Shown here: one piece after another, positions 11,617 through 23,730 of the stretch | Numbering within the stretch: position 1 is the stretch's first letter | How the letters are laid out: each line of letters starts with the position of its first letter | IMG/VR virus record: IMGVR_UViG_3300029922_000049 | Strand: one strand, 5' to 3' | Length of the DNA stretch: 64,000 bases | Source: an uncultured virus (IMG/VR IMGVR_UViG_3300029922_000049) | Taxonomy: Duplodnaviria > Heunggongvirae > Uroviricota > Caudoviricetes | Notes under the pieces: generated by a model | The model's database searches: none | What the model was told of the DNA's origin: nothing | The model's input: the letters and a program-made list of their open reading frames with translations, nothing else | Position numbers and translations under genes: made by a program

Positions 11617-11816
11617 AATGTATATATTAATAGAAAAATATCATTTTTTTCTATTTTTATTAAATTAAATTCAACAAAAAATAATATCTATATAAACACT
11701 GCATTCCGCATTTTGGACAAAACATTATATCTTTAACGATATATTTTTTACCTTCAACTCTTATTTGACTATTGTTATTTGCTGTGTTTGATAAAGATAC
11801 TACTTTATCTCCGATA

Positions 11817-12161
11817 TTAAATACTTTTTTCATATTTTAAATCTCTTAATGATGATGCTAATTCGTAATTTTCTTCTTTTATTGCTTCTGATAATGATTC
11901 TTCTATATTAGTAACATTCGCAAAATATTTTGAATCTGTCCAAAATTTACCATTATTCTTTGATATATAACCACAATTACATTCTCCTTCTTCTATTTCA
12001 GTTCTTTCTCCAATATTAATAGATTGTACTCCACATTTACTACAATATGTACAATCAATAACAGTATAAACAGTTCCTTTTACTCTAGGCTGGCAAAGAT
12101 TATTTTGAGGATTTGTTAGTGCTACAACTTTATCTCCTATTCTATGTCTTATAATATTCAT
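11817..12161 (-). CDS. Zn-ribbon protein with C-terminal UvrB/UvrC (UVR) motif
   Basis: CSKC and CNC. C-terminus LSEAIKEENYELASSLRD. Confidence 0.65.
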   Translation of the reverse strand: MNIIRHRIGDKVVALTNPQNNLCQPRVKGTVYTVIDCTYCSKCGVQSINIGERTEIEEGECNCGYISKNNGKFWTDSKYFANVTNIEESLSEAIKEENYELASSLRDLKYEKSI

Positions 12162-12317
12162 ATTAATTAATATTAGATATATTTAATCTTTGATCTTTTG
12201 CTCTTTCTAATAATCTATCTTGAGCAGTATCTATTTCATTGTGAATTTTTAACACAAGTTCATTTTGTTTTGTAATTTCTGTAATTTCTATATTTTTCAT
12301 AATTTTAATTTTTTATA

Positions 12318-13229
12318 TCAAAAAACAAGTGATGATTTACTTATCCAATTTGTATATAATTTTCCGTTTTCTCTTAATATAAGATATTTAAATGTATCCT
12401 TTTTATCTAACGCCATGCAGTCATTATCAATGCAGATAGACATATCATAAACGTCATAAATTCTAGAGCCAAAAGGAAGAGTTCCTAAAAATTTATTTGC
12501 ATTACGATTTTCATATACATTCATATATGAAATTAATCTATCATAGAAAATTTTACTTGCGTTATTTTCTATCCATTTATCAATATCATTATTTAGTTCT
12601 GATTTATATAATTTTCTAAATGTAATTTGATCCGCTCCTAATTCTTTACATTTTGATAGAACTTGTTCTACCGAATAATTATCATAATCATTTACAAGAT
12701 TTAATGATAATCTTAAATTGAAATCATATTTTTTAACCAATTTAATAGTATCAAAAACATCAAATTTTAATTGCTCGTTACAACCTATAATTTCTAAATT
12801 TTTATCATTATCAAAAATATTAGAAATTGAAAAAGAAATTGTAGTGACCCCTATTTCTCTTAAATGTTTAAGATAATCATCTGTTAATAGAACGCCAGTA
12901 GTTTGAATTTCTATGCTTTTAAATGGGGTCTGAAGTTTAGAATTTATTTCAGAAAAAAAGTCTAAAAATTTTTTATTTTGAACTGGCTCACCTGTTCCAG
13001 TAAGAACAACTACATTACACCCATTATCTCTAGCAAATTGTAAGCGATTGAAGTAATCTTTATATTCAATAGAATTTTCAATTGTATCACTACCTTCAGC
13101 ATCTTCTTTAACTACATAACTTATTTTATCAATATACGGATTTGTGTGAGTTCTGCTTACACAAAATTTACAATGATTTACACACTTGTTATTTGTTGGA
13201 ACTACTATGCTTAAACTTTGAATGTTCAT
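12318..13229 (-). CDS. Radical SAM protein
   Basis: CVNHCKFC (CxxxCxxC) and LTGTGEP. Confidence 0.9.
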   Translation of the reverse strand: MNIQSLSIVVPTNNKCVNHCKFCVSRTHTNPYIDKISYVVKEDAEGSDTIENSIEYKDYFNRLQFARDNGCNVVVLTGTGEPVQNKKFLDFFSEINSKLQTPFKSIEIQTTGVLLTDDYLKHLREIGVTTISFSISNIFDNDKNLEIIGCNEQLKFDVFDTIKLVKKYDFNLRLSLNLVNDYDNYSVEQVLSKCKELGADQITFRKLYKSELNNDIDKWIENNASKIFYDRLISYMNVYENRNANKFLGTLPFGSRIYDVYDMSICIDNDCMALDKKDTFKYLILRENGKLYTNWISKSSLVF

Positions 13230-13971
13230 AAATTTTTATTTTAAATAATTATATAATGCTCTTTTTGAATATTTAAATGCTAATGCTTTAAGATCATCCT
13301 TATCAAAAATATTAACTCCTTCTCTTTTTGATATAGTATTTTTACTGGAGACATGACAAGTATAAATTAAAAAAATTGATCCATTTTTTTTGATGTCACT
13401 GCATTTTAAAATAACATCAATTGATGGTACTTCTTTACAAAATACGACATTATTATCATTAATTATAAAACCTTCTTTAGAAAAAATATCAATTATTGTT
13501 AATAAAGCGATTGATTCTTCCATTTTTTGATGAATTAATTATTATATAAGTTTAAATCTAATATATTTGATTGCATGTGATGTTTTGGATTGAAAAAAAA
13601 CTTTTGAAATGTAATATTATCTTCTTCATTAGTACCAAATTTAACGTGAATAGCTTCATCTGTAATTTTCCAAATAATTCCTATCATATCTTTTGAATAT
13701 TTGTCATTACTAACTACTTTTATTCCTACTTGCCACATTTTTCACTGATTATATCTGCAATTACTGCAGTTTCACTAGCCATTTATTTATATATTAGCAT
13801 ACAACTGAATAAGATTTAAATCTCCTCCAGTTCTATATTTATTATATTTATTATCAAATTTACCAGAATCAACAAAATCTTCATTCTGTCCATCTTTTTC
13901 AAAATCATCTACTATTTCGTTTGGTAAAACATACCAATGTCCGTTTTCGTCTTGAGTTGCTTTAACTTTTA

Positions 13972-14187
13972 TCATATTCCAATTTTTTTAGATTTATTCC
14001 AATTTTTATATCCAATAATATTTAATATTGAAAAAGATATATACATAATAATAAGAGACGTACTTATATTTATAAAAAATATTATACCAATTATACTTCC
14101 AATTAAACCTATAATAAAACCAATTTTCTTTTTATTGCAAATTAAATAGTAAGAATACAAGCTTAAAATCATCAGTAACCAATCCAT
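13972..14187 (-). CDS. Short PnuC-like membrane protein
   Basis: Three hydrophobic helices with a DW...K(K)IGFII...GY.NW pattern. Confidence 0.45.
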   Translation of the reverse strand: MDWLLMILSLYSYYLICNKKKIGFIIGLIGSIIGIIFFINISTSLIIMYISFSILNIIGYKNWNKSKKIGI

Positions 14188-14211
14188 ATTTATTTAGTTT
14201 ATTTTTATTTA

Positions 14212-14243
14212 CAAAGGTAATATAATTTTAAAAACAATCCAAA
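14212..14243 (-). promoter_or_regulatory. Bacteroidota primary-sigma promoter
   Basis: TTTG-N20-TACCTTTG upstream of 14187. Confidence 0.8.
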
Positions 14244-15149
14244 ATTTTTATAAATTTTTAATATCTTTTTTTAATTCGATGCTAAATTTTAAAGTTGTTA
14301 AATCATACCCTCTATTTTCCAATTCTTTTTTGAAATTTGTAACATCAAAATTATAAGGATATTTTTTATTTATGGTATATTTAAGAATATCATCGCAAAT
14401 ATGATTCATTACTAGTGCTCCATCACAACTACGTGGATATTTAACTACAAAATCTTTTTGTTTTTTATCATAGATTAATGATAATTTTTTATCATTCATA
14501 TTATTTTTTAAAATTTAATACTCTATATGTAAAATTCTCATATTTATTTGAATATCCTTTAATTCCAATTGAATAGGTAGTAGGATAATTTTCATCTTTA
14601 CTCCATATAAAATAATATTCATTATATTTGAAAATTGATGAAAACTCATGTTTCAATCTATAAATAAAATTTGAAACTTTAGTTTTAGTTAATTGTAATT
14701 TATTTTTAATTTCAGTAATTGTTATATTTTTAACAAAATACATATCAAAAAGTTCATCTTTATGATTTTTATATTCATCGTCATCTAATTTGATTTTTTC
14801 TTCTTTTTTCATTTTAAAAATATTTAAAGTTTATTATCAATACAATAATTTACTGCAATATCATTTTTTAGATTATTATTTTCAGCTTTAATAAAATCAT
14901 AATCATTTTTTAATTTTTCGAATTTAATTTTCAATTCAGATAATTCCAATTTAATTTTTTCTAATTCTTCATATTTTTTATTCATCATTCAATTTATTAT
15001 TTTTTATATAATATAATTTCTTTTTTCTTACATATTTTAAAATTACATTAAAATTAATAGAATCAAGTGGATCAGGATATAAATATTTTTTTGGTACACC
15101 AGATGTTATATATAATTTTTTTATAAAATATTCAATTAAATCATCCTCG

Positions 15150-16514
15150 CTATTCATTTATTTTTTTTAATTTTAATTTTCTGTTTGATTTAATATCTGG
15201 TTTAAATCTTGAATATCTATAATAACCTTTATTATCATCCTCAATTAATCTAACATAAATGTTATTCGCATCATATATTGTGTATAATGCACTAATAATT
15301 AATTTTGAATTTATTGGAATATTAATGCATATTACTTTATCACCAGGTTTGAAATTATTTGCTTTATCAACAGTTTTGAAATTATTCTGCATTTTTTATT
15401 TTTTCTAATTTATTTTTTCTTAATATGCTATTTGCTTTATTATAATATAAATCATAAGATCCATCATTTTTATGTTCTGATGTATTTAAATAAGATATAA
15501 ACCAAGATTGAGATTCTAATGAATGATTGTCATAAGGATTATCAATAATATATTCATGATAATACCAATGAATATATATCTGATAAAACATATCTTCAAG
15601 TTCAGAATATAAACGATCATTAGACCATTTTCCTATTGATTTATCTATAATAAGATTTGAATATATATCATCATAATTTGTACTCATTTTCTAATTTTTC
15701 TAATTTTAATTTTCTTAATATATTATACGCTTTTTTATAAAATCGATATAATTTAGCATTATCACGTTGCTGGTCTTTTCTTAATGTCATAAACATATAT
15801 TGTTCAGCTTGACTGAATGAATTATATGTTTCATAATAATAATTTAAATATAACTGAAATGCAATATCATCTATATCATCTGATTCTCCTTTTTCACACC
15901 AATTACCTATTGACTTATCTATTAACATTTTCTAATTTTTCTAATTTTAATTTTCTTAAAATATTATTTGCTTTAATATAATTATCGAGTATTATTTTAC
16001 TTGAATTATTACCATAATATCTAATATATAAATAAGAACTAAATCCAATTGTAAATTCATTCTTACCACATGATTTTAAATATAAATCATATGCTATTTC
16101 ATCTATATTATGTTCTAAATTATAATTCATTTGATAAATTTTTTAATTTTTTAGTTCTTAAAAAATTTTCAACATCTTTAATATCAAATTTTTCTAATAA
16201 ATTATTGATTACTTCTTTTGATGCATAGTTAATAAATCTCTCAATTTTATCTGATGTAGACATATTAATTTCATTACTAATTTCAGTTGTCCAAGATGAT
16301 TTATGTGGCATAATTATTTATTAATATTATTAATATTATTTAATTTATTTTTTCTTAAAAATCTTTCAATATCTGATATATTCATATCTTTCAATAATAA
16401 TTCTGCTTGATAAGGATTCATTTTTGCGCTTTCAATTGTACCTGAAAATGAACTACCATTAATGCGAAATTTACCTGCACCTGGATTGCAAATCATTTTA
16501 GCTGTTATACTCAT
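15150..16514 (-). other. Array of 6 small CDSs ending in RKxKLxK(L/I)
   Basis: ORFs at 15150, 15382, 15671, 15915, 16120 and 16314. Several share DxIA(Y/F)xLY...KAxxILRK. Confidence 0.75.
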
Positions 16515-16982
16515 ATTATTTTATTTATATTTTGTAATTTTCTTCTTCTATTAAATTTATCAACAAACTTTATTATTTTTTTTTGATTAAACAATTTACT
16601 GTTCATTTTTTTGTATGTTTTAAAATTTCTTTTTTAATTTCTTCTGTCATTTTAACTGATTCATCATAAAATATTTCAAATATTTTAGTTTCCAATTCTT
16701 TCATATATTTATTATCATCAAATTTCCTAGTTATAATAGAAATCCATAATAAATCAAAATCGTTTTTACAAATCCACCATTCATCCAATTTTTCATTGTC
16801 ATTGACACCAAACTTAAAATATTGTTTTTTTAATATTAATTCGCCATTATATAAATATAATCTTAATCTATATGTTAAAGGCATATTACGGGTTTCACGA
16901 TATTTATCAAATGATAAATCATATTCTATTATCTCAGTTCTAAATATCATAAGTTAATATATTTACTATTGTTTTTGTATTA

Positions 16983-17014
16983 CAAATATACATAAAATAA
17001 ATGATAAACCCAAA
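16983..17014 (-). promoter_or_regulatory. Bacteroidota primary-sigma promoter
   Basis: TTTG-N20-TATATTTG upstream of 16950. Confidence 0.8.
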
Positions 17015-17055
17015 TAATTATATAATTATTTGGTTTTTATTTAAATACAATAAAT

Positions 17056-17838
17056 TTATTTTTTGATAAATAAATCAAATTCATTTAATATATCACTGGA
17101 TTTATTAGTTAAAATATATTTTCTAATACTAATATTAAATTTATTAAAAATATATTCTTTAAATTTTGTTATAGCATTACCTAACTCTTTACCTTTTAAT
17201 TCTGGATATATTTCCATTATTATATTTCCATTAAATTTTTTAGAAATTTCTTTATTTTCTATTTCAATTAATTTATAATCTTGAATCTCTTTTTTTATAT
17301 CAGATAAATCTCTAATAGGCTTACAATTAAGTTCATCTCCACCAAAATCAGCAGAATCAAATTTCATCAATTCGTTAAAATATTTATTATTTAAAATTTC
17401 AATTTTATTTTGAATTCTAAAATTATCTAAATATTTAATCTTCATATGATTCTCAACTATATAATATATTAATTTATAATCTCCTACCATTTCTTTTACA
17501 AAATTTGCTTGATCTTCTAGCATTTCACAAGACACATATTCATGTCCAGGAGCAATCCAAGATTTTTTTTCATCACTCCACTCAGTGGTAGATGATTTTC
17601 CTAAATCATGATATAATCCTGCTAAATCTAAATTTATATCATTATATGTTTTATGTAATCTATTTACTACCAATTTAATATGTTCATAAACGTCATATTC
17701 TGGATGCCATACTTCATTTTGCATTACTTCTTTCGTTGAGTCTATTAAATCTTTCAATTCTTTTGGTGAAAGTTCATATAGATATGAAAAATAATCTACA
17801 TATAATTTATCAGTAAATTTATTAAAATTCTTTATCAT
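17056..17838 (-). CDS. HD-domain phosphohydrolase (like the HD/C-terminal part of CCA-adding enzymes)
   Basis: QNEVWHPE.DVYEH, LYHDLGK, GHE, NHM, and C-terminal NGN.IM...LKGKELG. Confidence 0.8.
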   Translation of the reverse strand: MIKNFNKFTDKLYVDYFSYLYELSPKELKDLIDSTKEVMQNEVWHPEYDVYEHIKLVVNRLHKTYNDINLDLAGLYHDLGKSSTTEWSDEKKSWIAPGHEYVSCEMLEDQANFVKEMVGDYKLIYYIVENHMKIKYLDNFRIQNKIEILNNKYFNELMKFDSADFGGDELNCKPIRDLSDIKKEIQDYKLIEIENKEISKKFNGNIIMEIYPELKGKELGNAITKFKEYIFNKFNISIRKYILTNKSSDILNEFDLFIKK

Positions 17839-18389
17839 AAAAATTAGTTAAATTATTTATTTTGTAATTTATTTCTAAAATCATATATAATATCAGAAGT
17901 AGCTTGACGAGCTTCAAATGCTCTATTTTCAGCATTTTTATGATTTGGATAACTATGTAATCTATTAAGTATAACATTTAAAAAAAGAGCATTTAAATGA
18001 CTATAATAGTCTTCTTTAAATTTTTCTACAATATTAATATTTTCTTTTAATAATTCTTCTTTTAAATTTATATCAATTAAATTATCATAAGGAAGATTCA
18101 TTATTCTATCAACTTCATTATTTCCTAATTCATAATAATCAAATTTATCATTAATAATTTTTGAGTTATCTTCAGTATTTACTGTTGTTAATTCATTAAT
18201 AAGTCTATCAGATATATCAACTGATAATATCACGTAATTATCAATAGTTTCATCTGTTGAATTAATTGTAATTTTACCTAATGATATTAACGAGTTTAAT
18301 ATAGATCTAGACGTTTCTAATCGTTTATCAAATTTTGTCATATGTTTTTATTATTATATATAATAATAAAAATTGTAGTTTATTGTAAA

Positions 18390-19139
18390 TTATTTTTCTA
18401 ATATTTTATTTACTTCTAATATATAATTAGCTGTTCTTTTATAAAATGTGTTTATAATAAAAGATGAAATTTTTGCATAATTTTTATCATTTTTTACACC
18501 CCATAAATTATTACATTTAATAATATTTGCAGCATCTTTAATTTCAGATTTCATTTTAAGTGGATCTTTACTTTTTTTTAATCTTATTGAAGTACTCTTA
18601 AAAACACTAATGTTATGTTTTATCATTTTATTGATTGGAATAATACAGCTATAACTATATTCATCAGTTTTTTTCCAAAATTCGAATTTCCATCCTATCA
18701 AACGTGGCATATCACGTTTATTATCTGGATAGTTATAGCCATATGTTTTTGGTATAATATCAATTGTTAATTTGAAAATATTAATCTTAATAGTTCTTTT
18801 TTCGACTGCTTTGCGTCCTTTTTCATAATAATAATTCCAAGAATTTTTTGCATAAGTATTTCCATTTTCACATAATTCTTTTATTCTTGTACTAGCCATA
18901 TAATAAGTGACATCAGGTGGAAAAAAATCAGTTCTAATATACAAATCTCCATCAGAGATCCAAGTAAAACCATATTCAGATGCTAAACAATTTTTATTTA
19001 CACATTGATAACCATCTTTAAGAGAAGGTGTATTATATTCATCACATGATACATGATCTTGAATATCTTCATAATTATCACGATGAGTGACTTTTAATTC
19101 AGATCCACATACAGGGCAGTAAATTTTATTATCTTCCAT
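18390..19139 (-). CDS. Hypothetical protein with Zn-ribbon N-terminus
   Basis: CPVC...CVNKNC. Confidence 0.6.
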   Translation of the reverse strand: MEDNKIYCPVCGSELKVTHRDNYEDIQDHVSCDEYNTPSLKDGYQCVNKNCLASEYGFTWISDGDLYIRTDFFPPDVTYYMASTRIKELCENGNTYAKNSWNYYYEKGRKAVEKRTIKINIFKLTIDIIPKTYGYNYPDNKRDMPRLIGWKFEFWKKTDEYSYSCIIPINKMIKHNISVFKSTSIRLKKSKDPLKMKSEIKDAANIIKCNNLWGVKNDKNYAKISSFIINTFYKRTANYILEVNKILEK

Positions 19140-20320
19140 AATATTTTTTATGTTTAATTATCAAGTACAAAGGTAATAAAAAATAGCTGATTTATATATA
19201 AATAAATCAGCTATTTAATGTTTTTTATGATTAATTAAAGTAAATTTTTCCAAGATTTATCTTTCCTATTATAATCATTTTTATCAGTATATATTTTAGA
19301 CATCATTTTACGTCTAACAATTTGTGCAGCGTGCCTGAATGATAATCCATTTACTGTTTCTATATTTTGTTTATTTGCTTTCATAACTATGTTATAATTT
19401 CTATATTAATAATATCTTTCATTGGATATTTAATTCTTATTGTATTATCTTGTTCTAAATGTCCAACAACAATTAGAAATTTTTTGTTTACATAACAACC
19501 TTTTGCTTTATATTCATATCCATAAGGTGTCGGATAAATTGTTGATTCTGATATCTTTACTATTATTCCTTTAAAATTTTTCATATTTTATTATTCTTTT
19601 TTAAATCCTTATTATTATAATGAGCGGCTGAAGAAAAAATTAAGAATAGATAAGCTCATACACTATCTTTTCCTAATGGTACAAGTAATCCTATATTAAT
19701 ATAACTATTTGAAAATAATTCATATGCGATATCATCTAATTTTCTATCGTTATACATTTCATTATAATTTAGGCATTTTCTAATTCAATTAGTTTTAATT
19801 TTCTTAAATATTTTGTTGCTCGATTATAAATTTTTTCAATATCTATATAAGATATTTCTCTTATATTCCTTTTTATTATAATAACTATATCGAAAATGAA
19901 TTGATGATAGTGGATCATGTCTTTTAAAAATATTATTATTCACATATAATTCATATGCTATATCATCTAATCTGGTTGGTGATGTTATCATAATTTAACA
20001 ATTTTAGTTTTATATTTAACATTTCCATTTTTATATGTATATTTATATGTATTGATATATTTTTTACCAATTACATCTCCTTTATCATTTGTGATTGATA
20101 ATTCATCATTGCTGACAATTTCAATTGATTCTGCTGAAAAATCACCATGAATATATTTAATAACAATTGTTAAAACTATCATCATTACTAACATGAATAT
20201 CATTTCAATGTAATCACTTGTACTATAAATTGCTTCCATAATGTTATATATTTTAGTTTATAATTATCAAATACAAAGATAACGTTATTATTTTAATTAT
20301 CAATAAAAAAGAGAAAATAA

Positions 20321-20563
20321 TTAAATTATTTTCTCTTTTTTTATATAAAGATTACAATAACACTTATTATATAATCTTAAATTTTTACAAGGGCATAATG
20401 TGTCAAATAAAGAAACGTCAGGTTGTGCACAAGTACAATACCCACAATTATTTTCTAAATTTTTTCTAATTAATGCTACCAAATTTTCATTTGGATTTAA
20501 AATCATTCCTGTATTTTCCAAGTTCATTTTATATAGGTCATTTTTAGTTGACCTATATATCAC
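20321..20563 (-). CDS. Ferredoxin-thioredoxin reductase catalytic subunit-like protein
   Basis: LNPNE...GYCTC...CPC...CYCNLY matches the FTR CPC/CPC/CHC spacing. Confidence 0.75.
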   Translation of the reverse strand: MIYRSTKNDLYKMNLENTGMILNPNENLVALIRKNLENNCGYCTCAQPDVSLFDTLCPCKNLRLYNKCYCNLYIKKEKII

Positions 20564-20568
20564 TATTT

Positions 20569-20994
20569 TTATATCATATTTTTCTTAACTTCTTCTGCTA
20601 CAAATTTACCATCTGATGTTGGAAATTTAGATTTGACTTCTTTTATATAATATCCCATATTACCGCCGCCCTTAGAAACAACTTCAATTACATATGCCGA
20701 AATATCTTCTTTTGATGCTTCTTTTGGTAAAAATGTACTTAAAAAAACAATTTCAGCTTGTTCTTTTTCTGCTAAATCACTACGATTTGCTTTATTATAT
20801 TGTTCAACTGAATCTTTTCTTTGTTTTATCATTTTTATAATGATTTTTGATTCTTCTACTTCAGTTAATTTAGCTGCATTTGCGGAATTCTCGAAATTAA
20901 CAAATTCAGTTTTCATCAATCTTAGCACGCCTAATTCAAATGAATTTCTTGATAGCATTGCCTTTTTTATTAAATATAATAAATCTAGTTTCAT
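20569..20994 (-). CDS. GatB/YqeY domain protein
   Basis: KMIKQRKDSVEQYNKANRSDLAEKEQAEI.FL..FLP. Confidence 0.9.
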   Translation of the reverse strand: MKLDLLYLIKKAMLSRNSFELGVLRLMKTEFVNFENSANAAKLTEVEESKIIIKMIKQRKDSVEQYNKANRSDLAEKEQAEIVFLSTFLPKEASKEDISAYVIEVVSKGGGNMGYYIKEVKSKFPTSDGKFVAEEVKKNMI

Positions 20995-22470
20995 TTTGTT
21001 TTTATTTTAAAATAGTGGTTTAAGTTTCATTAATGCAAATTTCATGTTACATGCTAAATTTCCAGTAGTAACAATTTGTAAAAAATCATATTCTGGATTT
21101 TCTTGTTCTAAAATATCAATTATAGTTAAACACATATCTGGCATCCACCATGCAAGACGGTGTCCATTGTTATCTTTTTCTGGTATTTCTACTGTAATAA
21201 ATTTTTTCATATAATTTATATTTATATTGCTTTTTCAGACTGGTTTAAATTCCAAACTCTAACTAATTCATTATATTCATTATCAGGTAAAAAGCCTTTT
21301 AATAATGTATGTTTGCCAACACATGATGCTTCATATAATTTACTATTCATCATTCCTATCCATTCATCATATACCCAATAATAATCATAAGCATCTTCAT
21401 CAACATCTACAAGCCTAACAATTTTATATGAATCAATAACTAATTCATTTTTATGTAATGTTATTTCATTGTTAAAATACTTAATTTTATCAATTGATTC
21501 TTGAGCTAACTCTGAACGAGTTTGAGAACACCATTGATTAAAAGGTAATCCTGATTCATTAATTAAGCACTCTCTTAAAGCATTTTCATATTTCTCTAAT
21601 TCTATCATAATTATTGTATTTTTTTAAATTAAAATATTTCATCGTATCTCTTTTTTTGCCAAGATCAGGATAATAAAAACCTATCCAAATATTATCATGT
21701 AAGTTGTCATAACTATCTAAAGTTTTATTAAAATCTGAGCATTTATTATATAAATCTGATTTAAATTTAAATGGAATGGAATCATGAGATGTTGCATAAT
21801 TATATTCATCTTCTAAACCAATATAAGTATCATCATCAGGATTTTTATCATATCTAATAGCACATCCGATACCAATTCCAAAAATTAATAATAATATTCC
21901 AAATATGGATAAATACCATGTATCGTCTACGAAAAATGGTATAGCAAATAATATAATAGCAGATAATAAAATAATAAAAAATAATATCATAGTTTTTAAT
22001 TTTTAAAATGTTAATATTAATCGATAGATTCAGATAATTTGAAAAGTTCAAGATAACTTAATTCATTAACAATAACTCCGTTATAATATACATCAAAATC
22101 AGTAAATCTGCAAGCATCTTCAATTTTAATATAATTAAGTTCATCATTTACGATTAAATCATTATGACAAAATTTATGTTTATTTAAACCTCTAACCTTA
22201 TCATTATTTTCATAAATAACTCCCACAAATAATCCAAATGTATTTTCTACTGTATCTGATAATTTATATGTATTATAAATTAATTTGCAAAATGATTCAC
22301 TATTTTTAACAAAAAAATCTCCTTTTGAGATAAATATAAATTTATTCCAATCAATGCAATTAATATTTCTCATATGTTTAATTTTTTAATAAATATATTG
22401 AGTGCAAATATAATAAAACTATTTGATATAAAAAAATATTTTTGAAGTTTTTTTATAAATTTTAAAATAT

Positions 22471-22959
22471 TTATTTTTGAACAAATGGTTTAAAATAATA
22501 AGTTAAAGATATACCAACAAAAGGCTCAGAACTTGTTGTTTTTAATCCACTATACAAATAATTTCCAGCTAATATATTAATGTGAAATGTTTCAGATAAT
22601 GAATATTCTATTGTATATGTTACTTCAGTCAAAAAATTATTTTTTGCTAAAGGTATATATCCTGCGCCAATAGTAAATGTATTCGTAAATTTACCTTGCT
22701 GAAAAATATTTAAATTAGTTCTAATTTCAAAATAAGATGTAGTATCTTTTTTTTCACTAGCTAATGATGATTTACCGTAAACTGCACCTACACTAAAAAC
22801 ATCAAATTGATGTCCTACTTCAAATGATAAATTTCCTTTATCTAATATAGTACCTTGTATTGTTGTTAAAGATGGTGTAAATGTTATATATGTTTGTGAA
22901 CATATTATTGTATTTAATGAAAATAAACATAATATTAATAAAAATAATTTTATATACAT
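22471..22959 (-). CDS. Putative small outer-membrane beta-barrel protein
   Basis: Signal peptide, alternating amphipathic strands, terminal strand VGISLTYYF. Confidence 0.55.
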   Translation of the reverse strand: MYIKLFLLILCLFSLNTIICSQTYITFTPSLTTIQGTILDKGNLSFEVGHQFDVFSVGAVYGKSSLASEKKDTTSYFEIRTNLNIFQQGKFTNTFTIGAGYIPLAKNNFLTEVTYTIEYSLSETFHINILAGNYLYSGLKTTSSEPFVGISLTYYFKPFVQK

Positions 22960-23730
22960 AAATAATTTTTATCAATATATATTAAATATTTTATATAACG
23001 TTTAATTAAAAGTATTATATTTTTTTGTATACCATTTAATAAATTCAGTTACAACTATGTAAACAGCTTCTAATTTTGATGATGCTTTTATTTTTTCTGA
23101 AGATTCTAAATAACAACCTACAATTATTTTAAATTCACATTCAAAATTATCATTATAATGTGAATATGAAACATAATGTGATGTAATATCAATTGATTCT
23201 TTACTCATTTCAGTTTCAAAAACACTTTCAATATTTTCAACGACTGACATTATATTTACCCAAGATTTATAATTTAACCAATTTATTCCATTATGAGTAT
23301 AGTCAATTGTTCCATATTCATCCTCAGCTATATACATACCAAAATATTCATTTTTGCAAATATAAGGAAATACATTTTCAACTTTCATGAAATCAGATAT
23401 GAGTTTTTCATTTTCTATTATTTCTTGATCAATCATCATTTAATTTTTTTAAAATTTAATTCTATTAATTCTCCGTTATCTAAATAATTTTTACAGATAT
23501 CACTATTATAATATTCTACGCAAGTCATTCCTAATTGAGATTTACATAATATTTCAAAAACATTATCTTTAAATACTGTATCATTAAATCCCCATTCGAT
23601 TGCTAATGATTTCTCATGTGAAGGTAAATGATTAAACAGTTCAAACATAATATCTTGATTTGAACTAATTGGAAAATCATCTATGTAAAAATTCCCATTT
23701 TCATTACATAACTTATCGTATTGTTCTCTT

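Larger units (their letters stand above)
9789..11698 (-). mobile_element. IS607-family element
   Basis: tnpA overlaps tnpB. Boundaries are set by the interrupted gene. A shared TGT core occurs at both junctions, with no long target duplication. Subterminal TAGAAA-type repeats. Confidence 0.9.
9582..11833 (-). pseudogene. Zn-ribbon/UVR-motif gene interrupted by IS607 (5' part 11833-11699, 3' part 9788-9582)
   Basis: Joining the two halves gives MKKVFNIGDKVV...FCPKCGMQ|CINIGEVAK...EDYENVAFLIDIMIKMNT*, colinear with the adjacent paralog 11817..12161. Confidence 0.85.

Noticed and set aside
9789..11698. IStron (group I intron-IS hybrid)
   Set aside because: Only ~80 AT-rich bp precede tnpA and ~55 bp follow tnpB, leaving no room for a ribozyme core.
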